DNA of 64,000 nt. Origin: Octopus bimaculoides. Taxonomy: Eukaryota. The notes beneath the pieces are model-generated. The model made no database searches and had not been told where the DNA came from. It was given only the letters and a program-made list of their open reading frames with translations. Position 1 is the stretch's first letter; every line of letters starts with the position of its first letter. The DNA lies in NCBI RefSeq assembly GCF_001194135.2, contig NC_068994.1:12811303-12875302 (forward strand). The letters are read 5' to 3'. The translations under genes and the position numbers were made by a program. This document shows, one piece after another, positions 36,388 through 47,089 of this stretch.

Positions 36388-39300
36388 AATAAAAGGATAA
36401 AGGATTATTAATTTATTAATAAATTAATAATTAATAATTTTTACCAAGCCCTTCGGTATGTAAACACCATTATCGGTGAAGAACTTATTTAAAAGTTCTT
36501 ATACATTTATAAACATAATTAAGGGATCCCTTAATTNNNNNNNNNNNNNNNNNNNNNNNNNNNNNNNNNNNNNNNNNNNNNNNNNNNNNNNNNNNNNNNN
36601 NNNNNNNNNNNNNNNNNNNNNNNNNNNNNNNNNNNNNNNNNNNNNNNNNNNNNNNNNNNNNNNNNNNNNNNNNNNNNNNNNNNNNNNNNNNNNNNNNNNN
36701 NNNNNNNNNNNNNNNNNNNNNNNNNNNNNNNNNNNNNNNNNNNNNNNNNNNNNNNNNNNNNNNNNNNNNNNNNNNNNNNNNNNNNNNNNNNNNNNNNNNN
36801 NNNNNNNNNNNNNNNNNNNNNNNNNNNNNNNNNNNNNNNNNNNNNNNNNNNNNNNNNNNNNNNNNNNNNNNNNNNNNNNNNNNNNNNNNNNNNNNNNNNN
36901 NNNNNNNNNNNNNNNNNNNNNNNNNNNNNNNNNNNNNNNNNNNNNNNNNNNNNNNNNNNNNNNNNNNNNNNNNNNNNNNNNNNNNNNNNNNNNNNNNNNN
37001 NNNNNNNNNNNNNNNNNNNNNNNNNNNNNNNNNNNNNNNNNNNNNNNNNNNNNNNNNNNNNNNNNNNNNNNNNNNNNNNNNNNNNNNNNNNNNNNNNNNN
37101 NNNNNNNNNNNNNNNNNNNNNNNNNNNNNNNNNNNNNNNNNNNNNNNNNNNNNNNNNNNNNNNNNNNNNNNNNNNNNNNNNNNNNNNNNNNNNNNNNNNN
37201 NNNNNNNNNNNNNNNNNNNNNNNNNNNNNNNNNNNNNNNNNNNNNNNNNNNNNNNNNNNNNNNNNNNNNNNNNNNNNNNNNNNNNNNNNNNNNNNNNNNN
37301 NNNNNNNNNNNNNNNNNNNNNNNNNNNNNNNNNNNNNNNNNNNNNNNNNNNNNNNNNNNNNNNNNNNNNNNNNNNNNNNNNNNNNNNNNNNNNNNNNNNN
37401 NNNNNNNNNNNNNNNNNNNNNNNNNNNNNNNNNNNNNNNNNNNNNNNNNNNNNNNNNNNNNNNNNNNNNNNNNNNNNNNNNNNNNNNNNNNNNNNNNNNN
37501 NNNNNNNNNNNNNNNNNAAGGCTATGTGCTGGTAATCCAGTGTGCTGGCATAAGGCTGTGAACAGACATAAGGCAATCAGCTGGCATAAAGCAGTCAGCT
37601 AGTGTAAGGTAGTTAGGTGGCAGAAGGCAGCTAGCTGACAATGGCTGCAAGCTAGTATAAGGCTATACATATAATATATTATAGCTGTCTAAGAACCCAT
37701 AAGTAAAAAAAATAAGCACTAGTATATTTGTCTATAGAGAGGGTATATTAAACTAAGTGTACAGTATTATGTATCTATTATGGCTGATCTTACCAAATGT
37801 TTTCACACTAGCGGTTCAATGGAGTATTAGATAATAGTCCAGTTATGTAACTCTGTGTTCTTCAGAGATGACAGTTATGGAATGAAATATGGTAACTGCT
37901 CTGTATTGTTGGAGGGGAAAAGGCACATCTTGTTTGTGGTTGCTGTGAGAAAGACAACGGAACGAATTGAGCAAGGGTTGAGTCAGTAGTTTTATACACA
38001 CACACACACACATAATAGGTCTGGCAGATTGACACAATTTCTGTCTACCAGATTACACTCACAAAGCATTGGCTAACCTTAGATACCAGCCAGTAAAATT
38101 AATCCCAGAAAAATGACTTTCACTGTAGCCTCAAGCAAAGTCAATGCCTTGTGAACAGAAGTTGAAATTCTGTTGAAAAATTTTATACTAAATTGCTAAT
38201 GCATTTTTTTTTTCATTGTGTCTCTAATTTTAGTTAACTTTGCTTGGGTATCCATACCACCCTATCGAGGAGGACTGTGTATCGGTTGAGAAGCAAAGTC
38301 TTCTGGATAATACCAGTCCATATAGTCAAGTGATTTGTGAAGAGAAATGCCGTGTGGATTTCATAATCCGTAGTTGTAACTGCTCACCAAGTTTTGCAGG
38401 TGGTGAGTATAGTTTTCTATCTTCAGATTTATTTATATGTAACAGTCTCATCAATTCTGTAATATTTGTAGCACTTATCATGAACTGCTGGTGAGATAGA
38501 TTGACCATTTATATGAATTTAGGAGAATGCATCATAGATGGCAAGGAAATTGGGGATGATCTGTTGCACAAACAAGAATATCTCCATAGGAGATTTTGTG
38601 GAATAATTTGGTAAGTTCAAGTATTAGGACAAAATAGAACTGATGGAACTATTCTATAAACTCCCTCTCTCTCTAATATCACATTAAATTATATATACAT
38701 ACATACAAATATATATACATATGTACATACCTTTGGTGATATGCTGTGTTTGATAAGACTCGTTAAGCCAAATTAAATCATTGTCATGGCCGCTGCTGGT
38801 GTCATGTAACTGGCACCTGTACCAGTGGGATGTAAACAGCATCCATTACTCACTTGGATTAGTTGGTATTAGGAAGGGCATCTAGCCATAAAAGCCATGC
38901 TAAATCAGACTGGAACCTGGTGCAGCTTTCTGGCTTACTAGTTCCAGTCAAACCATCTAACCCATGCTAGATTGGAAAGCAGATGTTAAATGATGCTGCT
39001 GCTGATATACATATATATATATATNNNNNNNNNNNNNNNNNNNNNNNNNNNNNNNNNNNNNNNNNNNNNNNNNNNNNNNNNNNNNNNNNNNNNNNNNNNN
39101 NNNNNNNNNNNNNNNNNNNNNNNNNNNNNNNNNNNNNNNNNNNNNNNNNNNNNNNNNNNNNNNNNNNNNNNNNNNNNNNNNNNNNNNNNNNNNNNNNNNN
39201 NNNNNNNNNNNNNNNNNNNNNNNNNNNNNNNNNNNNNNNNNNNNNNNNNNNNNNNNNNNNNNNNNNNNNNNNNNNNNNNNNNNNNNCTTCATTTAGAGAA

Positions 39301-40517
39301 TTAACATTGCTATATATATATATATATAGGTGTAGGAGTGGCTGTGTGGTAAGTAGCTTGCTTACGAGCCACATGGTTTCGGGTTCAGTCCCACTGTGTG
39401 GCACCTTGGGCAAGTTTCTTTGTCTTTCAACTATAGCCTTGGGCCAACCAAAGCCTTTTGAGTGGATTTGGTAAATGTCTGTGTTTGTCCCCCCCCGCCC
39501 CCAACATCGCTTGACAACCGATGCTGTTGTGTTTACGTCCCCATAACTTAGCAATTCGGCAAAAGAGTGCAACAAAATAAGTACCAGGCTTAAAGGAAAA
39601 GAAAAAGAAAAACAATAAATTCTGGGATCGATTCGTTCAATTAAAAATTCTTCAAGGCAGTGCCCCAGCATGGTCCCAGTCTAATGAATGAAACAAGTAA
39701 AAGATAAAAAATAAAATATATATACTCCATGCATTTCCTGGCTGAAAGTTTATTAACTGGTTGTTGAGTGTTTCAAGTTGGCAATTCCTGTGGTTTATCA
39801 AAAGCCATAATTCACTTGTGTATTTTTTGGCTCTCTTTGCACTTAGCATAATCTCTTCATTCCCGGTTTCCCCATAGTCTATTAATAATATTACTTTGGA
39901 GAAAGTTAATCAATTTTGATTGAATGTTCACAATTTCCATTGATTTTGTTGTTGTCATTATTGTTGTTGTTGCTGTCATTGTCATTGTTATCGTTGTTGT
40001 AGCTGTTGTTGTTGTTGATTCAATATGCTGTTGAGTGATAATTAACGGTAGAATACTATACGACGCTAGAGTAGAAATTTCGATTTTTCACTAGGTGTTC
40101 TTTAGCAACCTCATTGATCACTGACAACATCAAGTGTGTAAGCCTTTATTGCAGCCTGTGTTGCAATCAGCATTTCCTCCAGTTGTAATTAAGTTAATTG
40201 GTGATGAAGGCTGTACTCTTTTATACATTTTCTTTTATATTCTTTACTTGTTCCAGTCATTGGAGAGCAGCCATGCTAGGACCACAATTTGAAAAGTTTA
40301 GTCAAATAAACTGACACCAGTATTTGTTTTTTTTTATTTTCGTTTTTTGATATGTCTGACATTTTATTCTAGTCTTATTTGTTGGTCTTCCTTTGTAAAG
40401 CAACTAAGTTATGGAGATGTAAACAAACCAACACAGGTTGTCATGTGGTGGGTTAGGGGAAACACATATGCCACAAAGTACATACACATCTCATACATGC
40501 ATATATGTATGTGTGTA

Positions 40518-40568
<51 letters not shown>

Positions 40569-40570
40569 AT

Positions 40571-40627
<57 letters not shown>

Positions 40628-40878
40628 TGCAGGAGTGGCTGTGTGGTAAGTAGCTTGCTTACCAACCACATGGTTCCAGGTTCAGTCCCACTGCATTGCA
40701 CCTTGGGCAAGTGTCTTCTAAAGAATTATATCACTGTTTGTTACATTTGTAATGGAGATTTCAAAAAAACATTTTTTGGTATTTTGAAGGAAATAATCGT
40801 AGATGTACCTTTCGGGAATATATAACCTGCGAAAGAAGTGCTACTGGTAATTATTTTTTTCTTTATATTTGTGATGAC

Positions 40879-40918
<40 letters not shown>

Positions 40919-40957
40919 GTGATGATGATGATGACAATGATGATGACAATGATGACA

Positions 40958-40993
<36 letters not shown>

Positions 40994-43900
40994 GTGATGA
41001 TGATGATGATGATGATGATGATGACAATGATGACAATGATGATGATGATGNNNNNNNNNNNNNNNNNNNNNNNNNNNNNNNNNNNNNNNNNNNNNNNNNN
41101 NNNNNNNNNNNNNNNNNNNNNNNNNNNNNNNNNNNNNNNNNNNNNNNNNNNNNNNNNNNNNNNNNNNNNNNNNNNNNNNNNNNNNNNNNNNNNNNNNNNN
41201 NNNNNNNNNNNNNNNNNNNNNNNNNNNNNNNNNNNNNNNNNNNNNNNNNNNNNNNNNNNNNNNNNNNNNNNNNNNNNNNNNNNNNNNNNNNNNNNNNNNN
41301 NNNNNNNNNNNNNNNNNNNNNNNNNNNNNNNNNNNNNNNNNNNNNNNNNNNNNNNNNNNNNNNNNNNNNNNNNNNNNNNNNNNNNNNNNNNNNNNNNNNN
41401 NNNNNNNNNNNNNNNNNNNNNNNNNNNNNNNNNNNNNNNNNNNNNNNNNNNNNNNNNNNNNNNNNNNNNNNNNNNNNNNNNNNNNNNNNNNNNNNNNNNN
41501 NNNNNNNNNNNNNNNNNNNNNNNNNNNNNNNNNNNNNNNNNNNNNNNNNNNNNNNNNNNNNNNNNNNNNNNNNNNNNNNNNNNNNNNNNNNNNNNNNNNN
41601 NNNNNNNNNNNNNNNNNNNNNNNNNNNNNNNNNNNNNNNNNNNNNNNNNNNNNNNNNNNNNNNNNNNNNNNNNNNNNNNNNNNNNNATAAAATACACCAT
41701 TTTGAGCATGGCCGTTGCCAGTACCGCCTGACTGGTCTTTGTACCGGTGGCACATAAAAGCACCCACTACACTCTCTGAGTGGTTGGCGTTAGGAAGGGC
41801 ATCCAGCTGTAGAAACTCTGCCAAATCAGATTGGAGCCTGGTGTTGCCATCTGGTTTCACCAGTCCTCAGTCAAATCGTCCAACCCGTGCTAGCATGGAA
41901 AGCGGATGTTAAACGATGATGATGATGATGATGATGAATCCATAATTTGTATGGCATAAAATATTATTGCAATGATTTTAATGAACTGACAAAATCATTG
42001 GATGACAGACAAAATGGCTGCAGTTCTTTACTTTCTGGATACAAATCCTGACGAAAAAAACAACTTTACATTTCAACCCTTCTGGAATTGATAAGATAAA
42101 GTACCAGTGAAGTACAGAGAAGGGGGTTCGAGTTAACTGACCCCCTACTGTATCCCACCGCATTAAATTTGTGGCCTTGTGACAATGTTGGAAATTATTA
42201 TTTACTGTGCTGTTATCATCTCCTTACCATCATAATGGACTTTTATCTCTTTCTTTTATTTTCAGACGAATTCTTTTCAAACAAATCACATTTGAATATG
42301 TGTAATTGTATCCGTAGCTGTTCATTTACCTCATATTCTATAAGTACATCAGTAGCATACTACCCACGGCCAGCACATAAATTGTATGTATAACTATAAC
42401 TCTCTCTATATATGTGTTTCTTGTGAATATTCTTGACTGTAAATATATCAATATATTAGGAAATCAGAGCGCAGGGGGTAAAATTGATTGTGGTTGTGTG
42501 GTAAGAAGATTGCTTCACAACCACATGGTTACAGGTTCAGTCCCACTGTGTAGTACCTTGAGCAAGGATCTTCTACTATAGCCTTGGGTCAACCAAAACC
42601 TTGTGAGAGGATTTGGAAACTGAAGGAAGCCTGTCATATGTGTGTGTGCGTGTGTTTGTGTTTGTTTCCCACCATTACTTGACAACTGGTGTTGGTGTGT
42701 TTATATCCCTGTAACATAGTGGTTTGGCAAAAGAGATCTATAGAATAAGTACCAGACTTAATAAAAAAAAGTACTGGTGTTGATTCATTCAATTATAAAT
42801 TCTTCAAAGTAGTGCCCCAGCATGGCCACAGTCTAATGACTGAAACAAGTTAAAAGATAAAAGATCATTTAGTCAGAAGGCAATGTAGCTTCCATGATCC
42901 TGTCACAGAGCCTCCAAAACATGTGGGGAGAATCAGAAGTGTCCTTAAACTGTACACCTGGTCTGATGTGTGTATATGTATGTGGGTCTGTGTGTGAGTA
43001 TGTAATTATTTTAAGATAATGTCAACAAACATTATTTGTGTGTAACATTAACCTTTTAGCATTTAGCCTTAACCAGTCTAAATATTCTATTTGTTTTATG
43101 TTCAAATCAGCCAGATCTAGCCTCTTGCACCATTCCAAAATTAAACAACCATGCCATCAAAATCTTAAAAATTTGAAATAACGCATGGTTAATTCAAAAC
43201 AAAGTGAATAAATAAGCTTTACATTTGACAGAGTAATATGAATGCTAAAAGGTTTAAATTATGCCAATCATTTTGCTAATAACTTCACCTTCTCAGTCAA
43301 ACCAATTAAGTAACAAATACTTTAAAAATGTTGTTCATTGAACAATGTTTTCAAAAAATAATGGCTATATCTATTTGTTGTTTCCTGGCTGGCGAGGAAA
43401 AAACAATAGCACAGAATCTCGAACAAGAGTGTGAGCAGTGTATACTTGTAGAAATGCTTAGTAGCATTGAATGTGATGGATGTCAAAATTGAGTGGCATA
43501 GAAAATGGATAGTTACTAGCAGCAAAGAAGGGTAATGCAAATATTAATCAAAATTGTTGTGTTTATAATTAATAAGTAATTGGATAAAAACTTCATAAGG
43601 TCAAAACGGTGCAAAGATGAAATACAAAATGAACTAGAAAAATGAAAACGGAACAACAGTTGAAGTCTTACCTTGTATTTTGATATTTTGCAGTTATGAA
43701 CTCTTCCTCAGGAGACATGGAGAAAAGAGAGATGGAATAAGTCATTGCTCAGATATGTGGAATAGGAATAAGGACATACACAGACTGGTGTTGTTATAAC
43801 AGCCAGCCTGCTTTGCGTAGCTCTTTTCTAGTGTTTAGAGCTGGCCTTAGCTTGTAATAAGGATGGCCTCTTTGATTCAAAGGTTGCCTGTATTACATTC

Positions 43901-45248
43901 TGGTCCTGAATGATACTATAAAGTCCTGGGTCAAGCACTTCTACTGGTGTTTATGGATTGAAGTGCTTTTGCATATGTAATTGTTGAAAGGCATTATATT
44001 AAAAACAATTGTAGTAATTAGCTGTTAATGTGACACATTTTTTATTATTCAGGCCTACTAAATTCAAAATACATCTTTATTATGAAAGTTTGATTTTAAA
44101 AGAAATGTCAGAACAAGAAATGTTTACATCAGAGGCATTTTTAGGTAAATACATACCATTTAATTTTTTTAATTTATTTCCTTTGATTATTTAATTGTTT
44201 GGTTAATTGAATAGACATGAATCTATTTTTTCTTTACATGAACGTAATGTACTCATTTACATTATGAGAAACACCATGCACACACACACACACACACAGA
44301 TGATGACTGTTGACTCAGTAGACAAGTACGACCATTGCTGGCAAAATAATGCTCATGCAAAATGTCAGTAATGGCTATGCAAAATTTTAGGTCCAATAAG
44401 ACTATCATGACACATCATAGACCCTCTCCACTCTACTGACATGATCCAGAGACTAGCTAAGGTAAGATATCTATTATGAATATGGATTGCGGACCCAGAA
44501 ATGTAGAAGCACCATCAGCTCATGAGCAAACAAAAATCTCCAAAATGTCCAATGCTATTCCTTGCATATCTGGTTTTGTATCAGAGTGACCTTCTCCTAG
44601 AGAAATACTTAAAAAAAAGTTGATGGGTGCCTCGCTCCCAGAGGTCTTCCAGCATGGCAAATCTGGAATGCCTAAAGGCCTGTGCTAGATATATATACAT
44701 CAAAATACACAGATGCATGCACATAGTTACATATGTATACAAGCATATATATGTATGACATAAATATATGCACAAAACTTGTCCGATGAATGGGAACGTG
44801 AAACTCTGAGTAACAGCTTTTGTTATATTTCTGCTGCTTTTAAATAAAGCATATTACTCTACCTCTGGTATTTGAGTACTCTTTTTTTCAACCTTGTTTC
44901 ACATTTATGTGCTTACTCCAATATATATATATATATATTATGTCATTCTATATATATATTTCAAAAGTAGATGTTACTGGCCCATCTGGTGTTGAGCAAA
45001 TGTACCAAGTGAATGAAAACATTTTTTGCTCATTAATTTAATCAAAAATGACTTGACAGACATCTAGTTATTTTTTTTTTTTTTATATTGTCATTGTTGT
45101 ATGTATTTTCACAGCTCAATTCGGTGGCCAGATGGGACTTTTCCTTGGAGCAAGCCTCATAACAGCCCTGGAATTAGTAGAGCTGATTATTATGGTTTTA
45201 TGGACACAATTCCGCTGTTTGGTAAACTATATCCTTGCTGTATTATAA
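30440..45248 (+). CDS. Divergent DEG/ENaC (ASIC/BASIC-like) amiloride-sensitive sodium channel subunit, spliced gene model
   Basis: Family motifs occur in the correct order across phase-compatible exons: FSNNTSLHG (HG motif), TM1, [19 protein letters not shown], ten thumb cysteines, IHLYYESL and [12 protein letters not shown] (TM2/GAS belt). The start codon and C-terminal exon are uncertain. Confidence 0.92.
31586..31870 (+). mobile_element. R4/Dong-clade LINE 3' end (restriction-like endonuclease C-terminus plus 3' UTR)
   Basis: [39 protein letters not shown], then a UTR and (TAA)n tail. It is embedded in (AAT)n. Confidence 0.88.
31910..32270 (+). mobile_element. Second, older R4/Dong-like endonuclease fragment
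   Basis: ..[25 protein letters not shown].. with frameshifts, followed by ..[21 protein letters not shown]. Confidence 0.75.
32616..32913. mobile_element. hAT (Charlie-like) MITE, copy 2
   Basis: Perfect 15-bp TIRs and a perfect 8-bp TSD atctacaa (32608-32615, 32914-32921); about 97% identical to 5701-5967. Confidence 0.95.
32980..33484 (+). CDS. DEG/ENaC exon 2 (TM1, palm, finger, beta-ball)
   Basis: ttgcag| [51 protein letters not shown] |gtaagt; 505 nt, phase 2 to 0. Confidence 0.93.
38234..38402 (+). CDS. DEG/ENaC exon 4 (thumb, first half; exon 3 not visible)
   Basis: ttttag| [42 protein letters not shown] |gtgagt; 169 nt, phase 0 to 1. Confidence 0.9.
40790..40846 (+). CDS. DEG/ENaC exon 5 (57-nt thumb exon)
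   Basis: ttgaag| [19 protein letters not shown] |gtaatt; phase 1 to 1. It supplies exactly the two missing thumb cysteines with C-x7-C spacing, as in ASIC CTPEQYKEC. Confidence 0.85.
42266..42383 (+). CDS. DEG/ENaC exon 6 (thumb end, beta10)
   Basis: tttcag| [39 protein letters not shown] |gtatgt; 118 nt, phase 1 to 2. Confidence 0.9.
43694..43756 (+). CDS. Possible DEG/ENaC exon 7 (knuckle helix)
   Basis: Strong acceptor ttttgcag, open in the required phase ([21 protein letters not shown]). The only phase-2 GT donor is weak (AT|gtggaa). Confidence 0.4.
44053..44144 (+). CDS. DEG/ENaC exon 8 (beta11-beta12)
   Basis: attcag| [30 protein letters not shown] |gtaaat; 92 nt, phase 2 to 1. Confidence 0.9.
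44779..44816 (+). ncRNA. Minimal type-I hammerhead ribozyme motif with U4-to-C core change
   Basis: TTGT CCGATGA ATG-ggaa-CGT GAA ACTC-t-GAGT A ACAG: helix I 4 bp, helix II 3 bp with a GNRA loop, helix III 4 bp near-palindromic, cleavage triplet GUA. Confidence 0.7.
45115..45221 (+). CDS. DEG/ENaC exon 9 (TM2, selectivity filter)
   Basis: tcacag| [36 protein letters not shown]. It is followed either by the donor gtaaac or by read-through VNYILAVL* with the stop at 45246-45248. Confidence 0.93.
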
Positions 45249-45652
45249 CCTGTTTTTTTATTTCTTTTATTTTCAAACTCTGATGCTTTGCAATGCTTTA
45301 AAATTTTGTTTATAAAAATTTCATTATTTTAATTATAATATATATATTTTTCTTTCTATTTCTCTACCTCCATATACATATATATATATATATATNNNNN
45401 NNNNNNNNNNNNNNNNNNNNNNNNNNNNNNNNNNNNNNNNNNNNNNNNNNNNNNNNNNNNNNNNNNNNNNNNNNNNNNNNNNNNNNNNNNNNNNNNNNNN
45501 NNNNNNNNNNNNNNNNNNNNNNNNNNNNNNNNNNNNNNNNNNNNNNNNNNNNNNNNNNNNNNNNNNNNNNNNNNNNNNNNNNNNNNNNNNNNNNNNNNNN
45601 NNNNNNNNNNNNNNNNNNNNNNNNNNNNNNNNNNNNNNNNNNNNNNNNNNNN

Positions 45653-45687
<35 letters not shown>

Positions 45688-45698
45688 TATATATATTA

Positions 45699-46199
45699 CT
45701 GGTGAAGGCCTGTTTATAGGGTTACCCTGGGTTTCTCGCCATAAAGGGCACCTTTATGGTGTATTTTCAGACCCTAAGAATTGTTGGCCTATAGCCTCTT
45801 TAAAATACGGAGGAGGAAACAATACCGACCTCTAGGACAGAGATCTCCGGGCCATGTTTGCATTTCAGGTGATACCTGCCAGCATTTTGGGAACCGCATA
45901 ATACTAGCGATACTAGTAATAATTACACGACTGCTGGAAATTAATTGCTGATGGTAGTGGGAGATAGCCCTCTACCTTTTACCCTCATAACCGACAGGTG
46001 GTATAGCTGAAGGAGCACAGCCCGAAGCCGATGACCAACACCAAAGGGAGATAATCCCCATTGTTCATATCTGTATCGTCTCCCCCTCCATATTTTAAAG
46101 CGGCCATAGGCCAACAGGTCTTAGGGTCTGAAGATACACCATAAAGGTACCCTTTATGATGAGAAACCCAGGGTAACCCTATAAACCAGCCTTCACCAA
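45699..46199. mobile_element. 501-bp foldback MITE with about 125-bp terminal inverted repeats
   Basis: 45699-45824 is the reverse complement of 46074-46199 at high identity, with TA on both flanks. Confidence 0.9.
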
Positions 46200-46316
46200 T
46201 AATAAATATAGACCGGTCTATTTCTTAGAGTGTGCTTCTTCTCCCGATTTATGTTTTTTCTAAAAAAACACAATATATATACATATGTATACATTATATA
46301 TGTATATATATGTATA

Positions 46317-46369
<53 letters not shown>

Positions 46370-46964
46370 NNNNNNNNNNNNNNNNNNNNNNNNNNNNNNN
46401 NNNNNNNNNNNNNNNNNNNNNNNNNNNNNNNNNNNNNNNNNNNNNNNNNNNNNNNNNNNNNNNNNNNNNNNNNNNNNNNNNNNNNNNNNNNNNNNNNNNN
46501 NNNNNNNNNNNNNNNNNNNNNNNNNNNNNNNNNNNNNNNNNNNNNNNNNNNNNNNNNNNNNNNNNNNNNNNNNNNNNNNNNNNNNNNTATATATATATGC
46601 ATATACATAATCTACACACACACACATATATATGTAACTACACATACATATATATGGATATATATATATATATACACACACATATACATACACACACACA
46701 TACATATACATACACACATATATAGAGAGATACATATATATATTATACATTTATATATATATATATATGTTTTTATATATATACATATCTACACACATGC
46801 ATATATATATATAAATGTATATTACATACCTACATATACATATATATGTATATAATTATATAATTATATGTGTGTATGTATATATATATATATATATATA
46901 TTATATGATATTATATAAATATGTATAAGTATTAGATTATACATATAGATTATATCATATATAT

Positions 46965-47043
<79 letters not shown>

Positions 47044-47089
47044 GGAGTAAACTTATACACACACATTCACCATTATTTAATTTGAGCAA

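Noticed and set aside
38523-38610. Exon-like segment atttag|[29 protein letters not shown]|gtaagt
   Set aside because: Splice signals are good and the entry phase is correct, but it exits in phase 2 and has no DEG/ENaC similarity. The 57-nt exon at 40790 already completes the thumb. At most a poison or cryptic exon.
40095-40137. Exon-like segment cactag|[14 protein letters not shown]|gtaagc
   Set aside because: Its best donor gives phase 0, which is incompatible with downstream exons, and the C-x12-C spacing does not fit the thumb.
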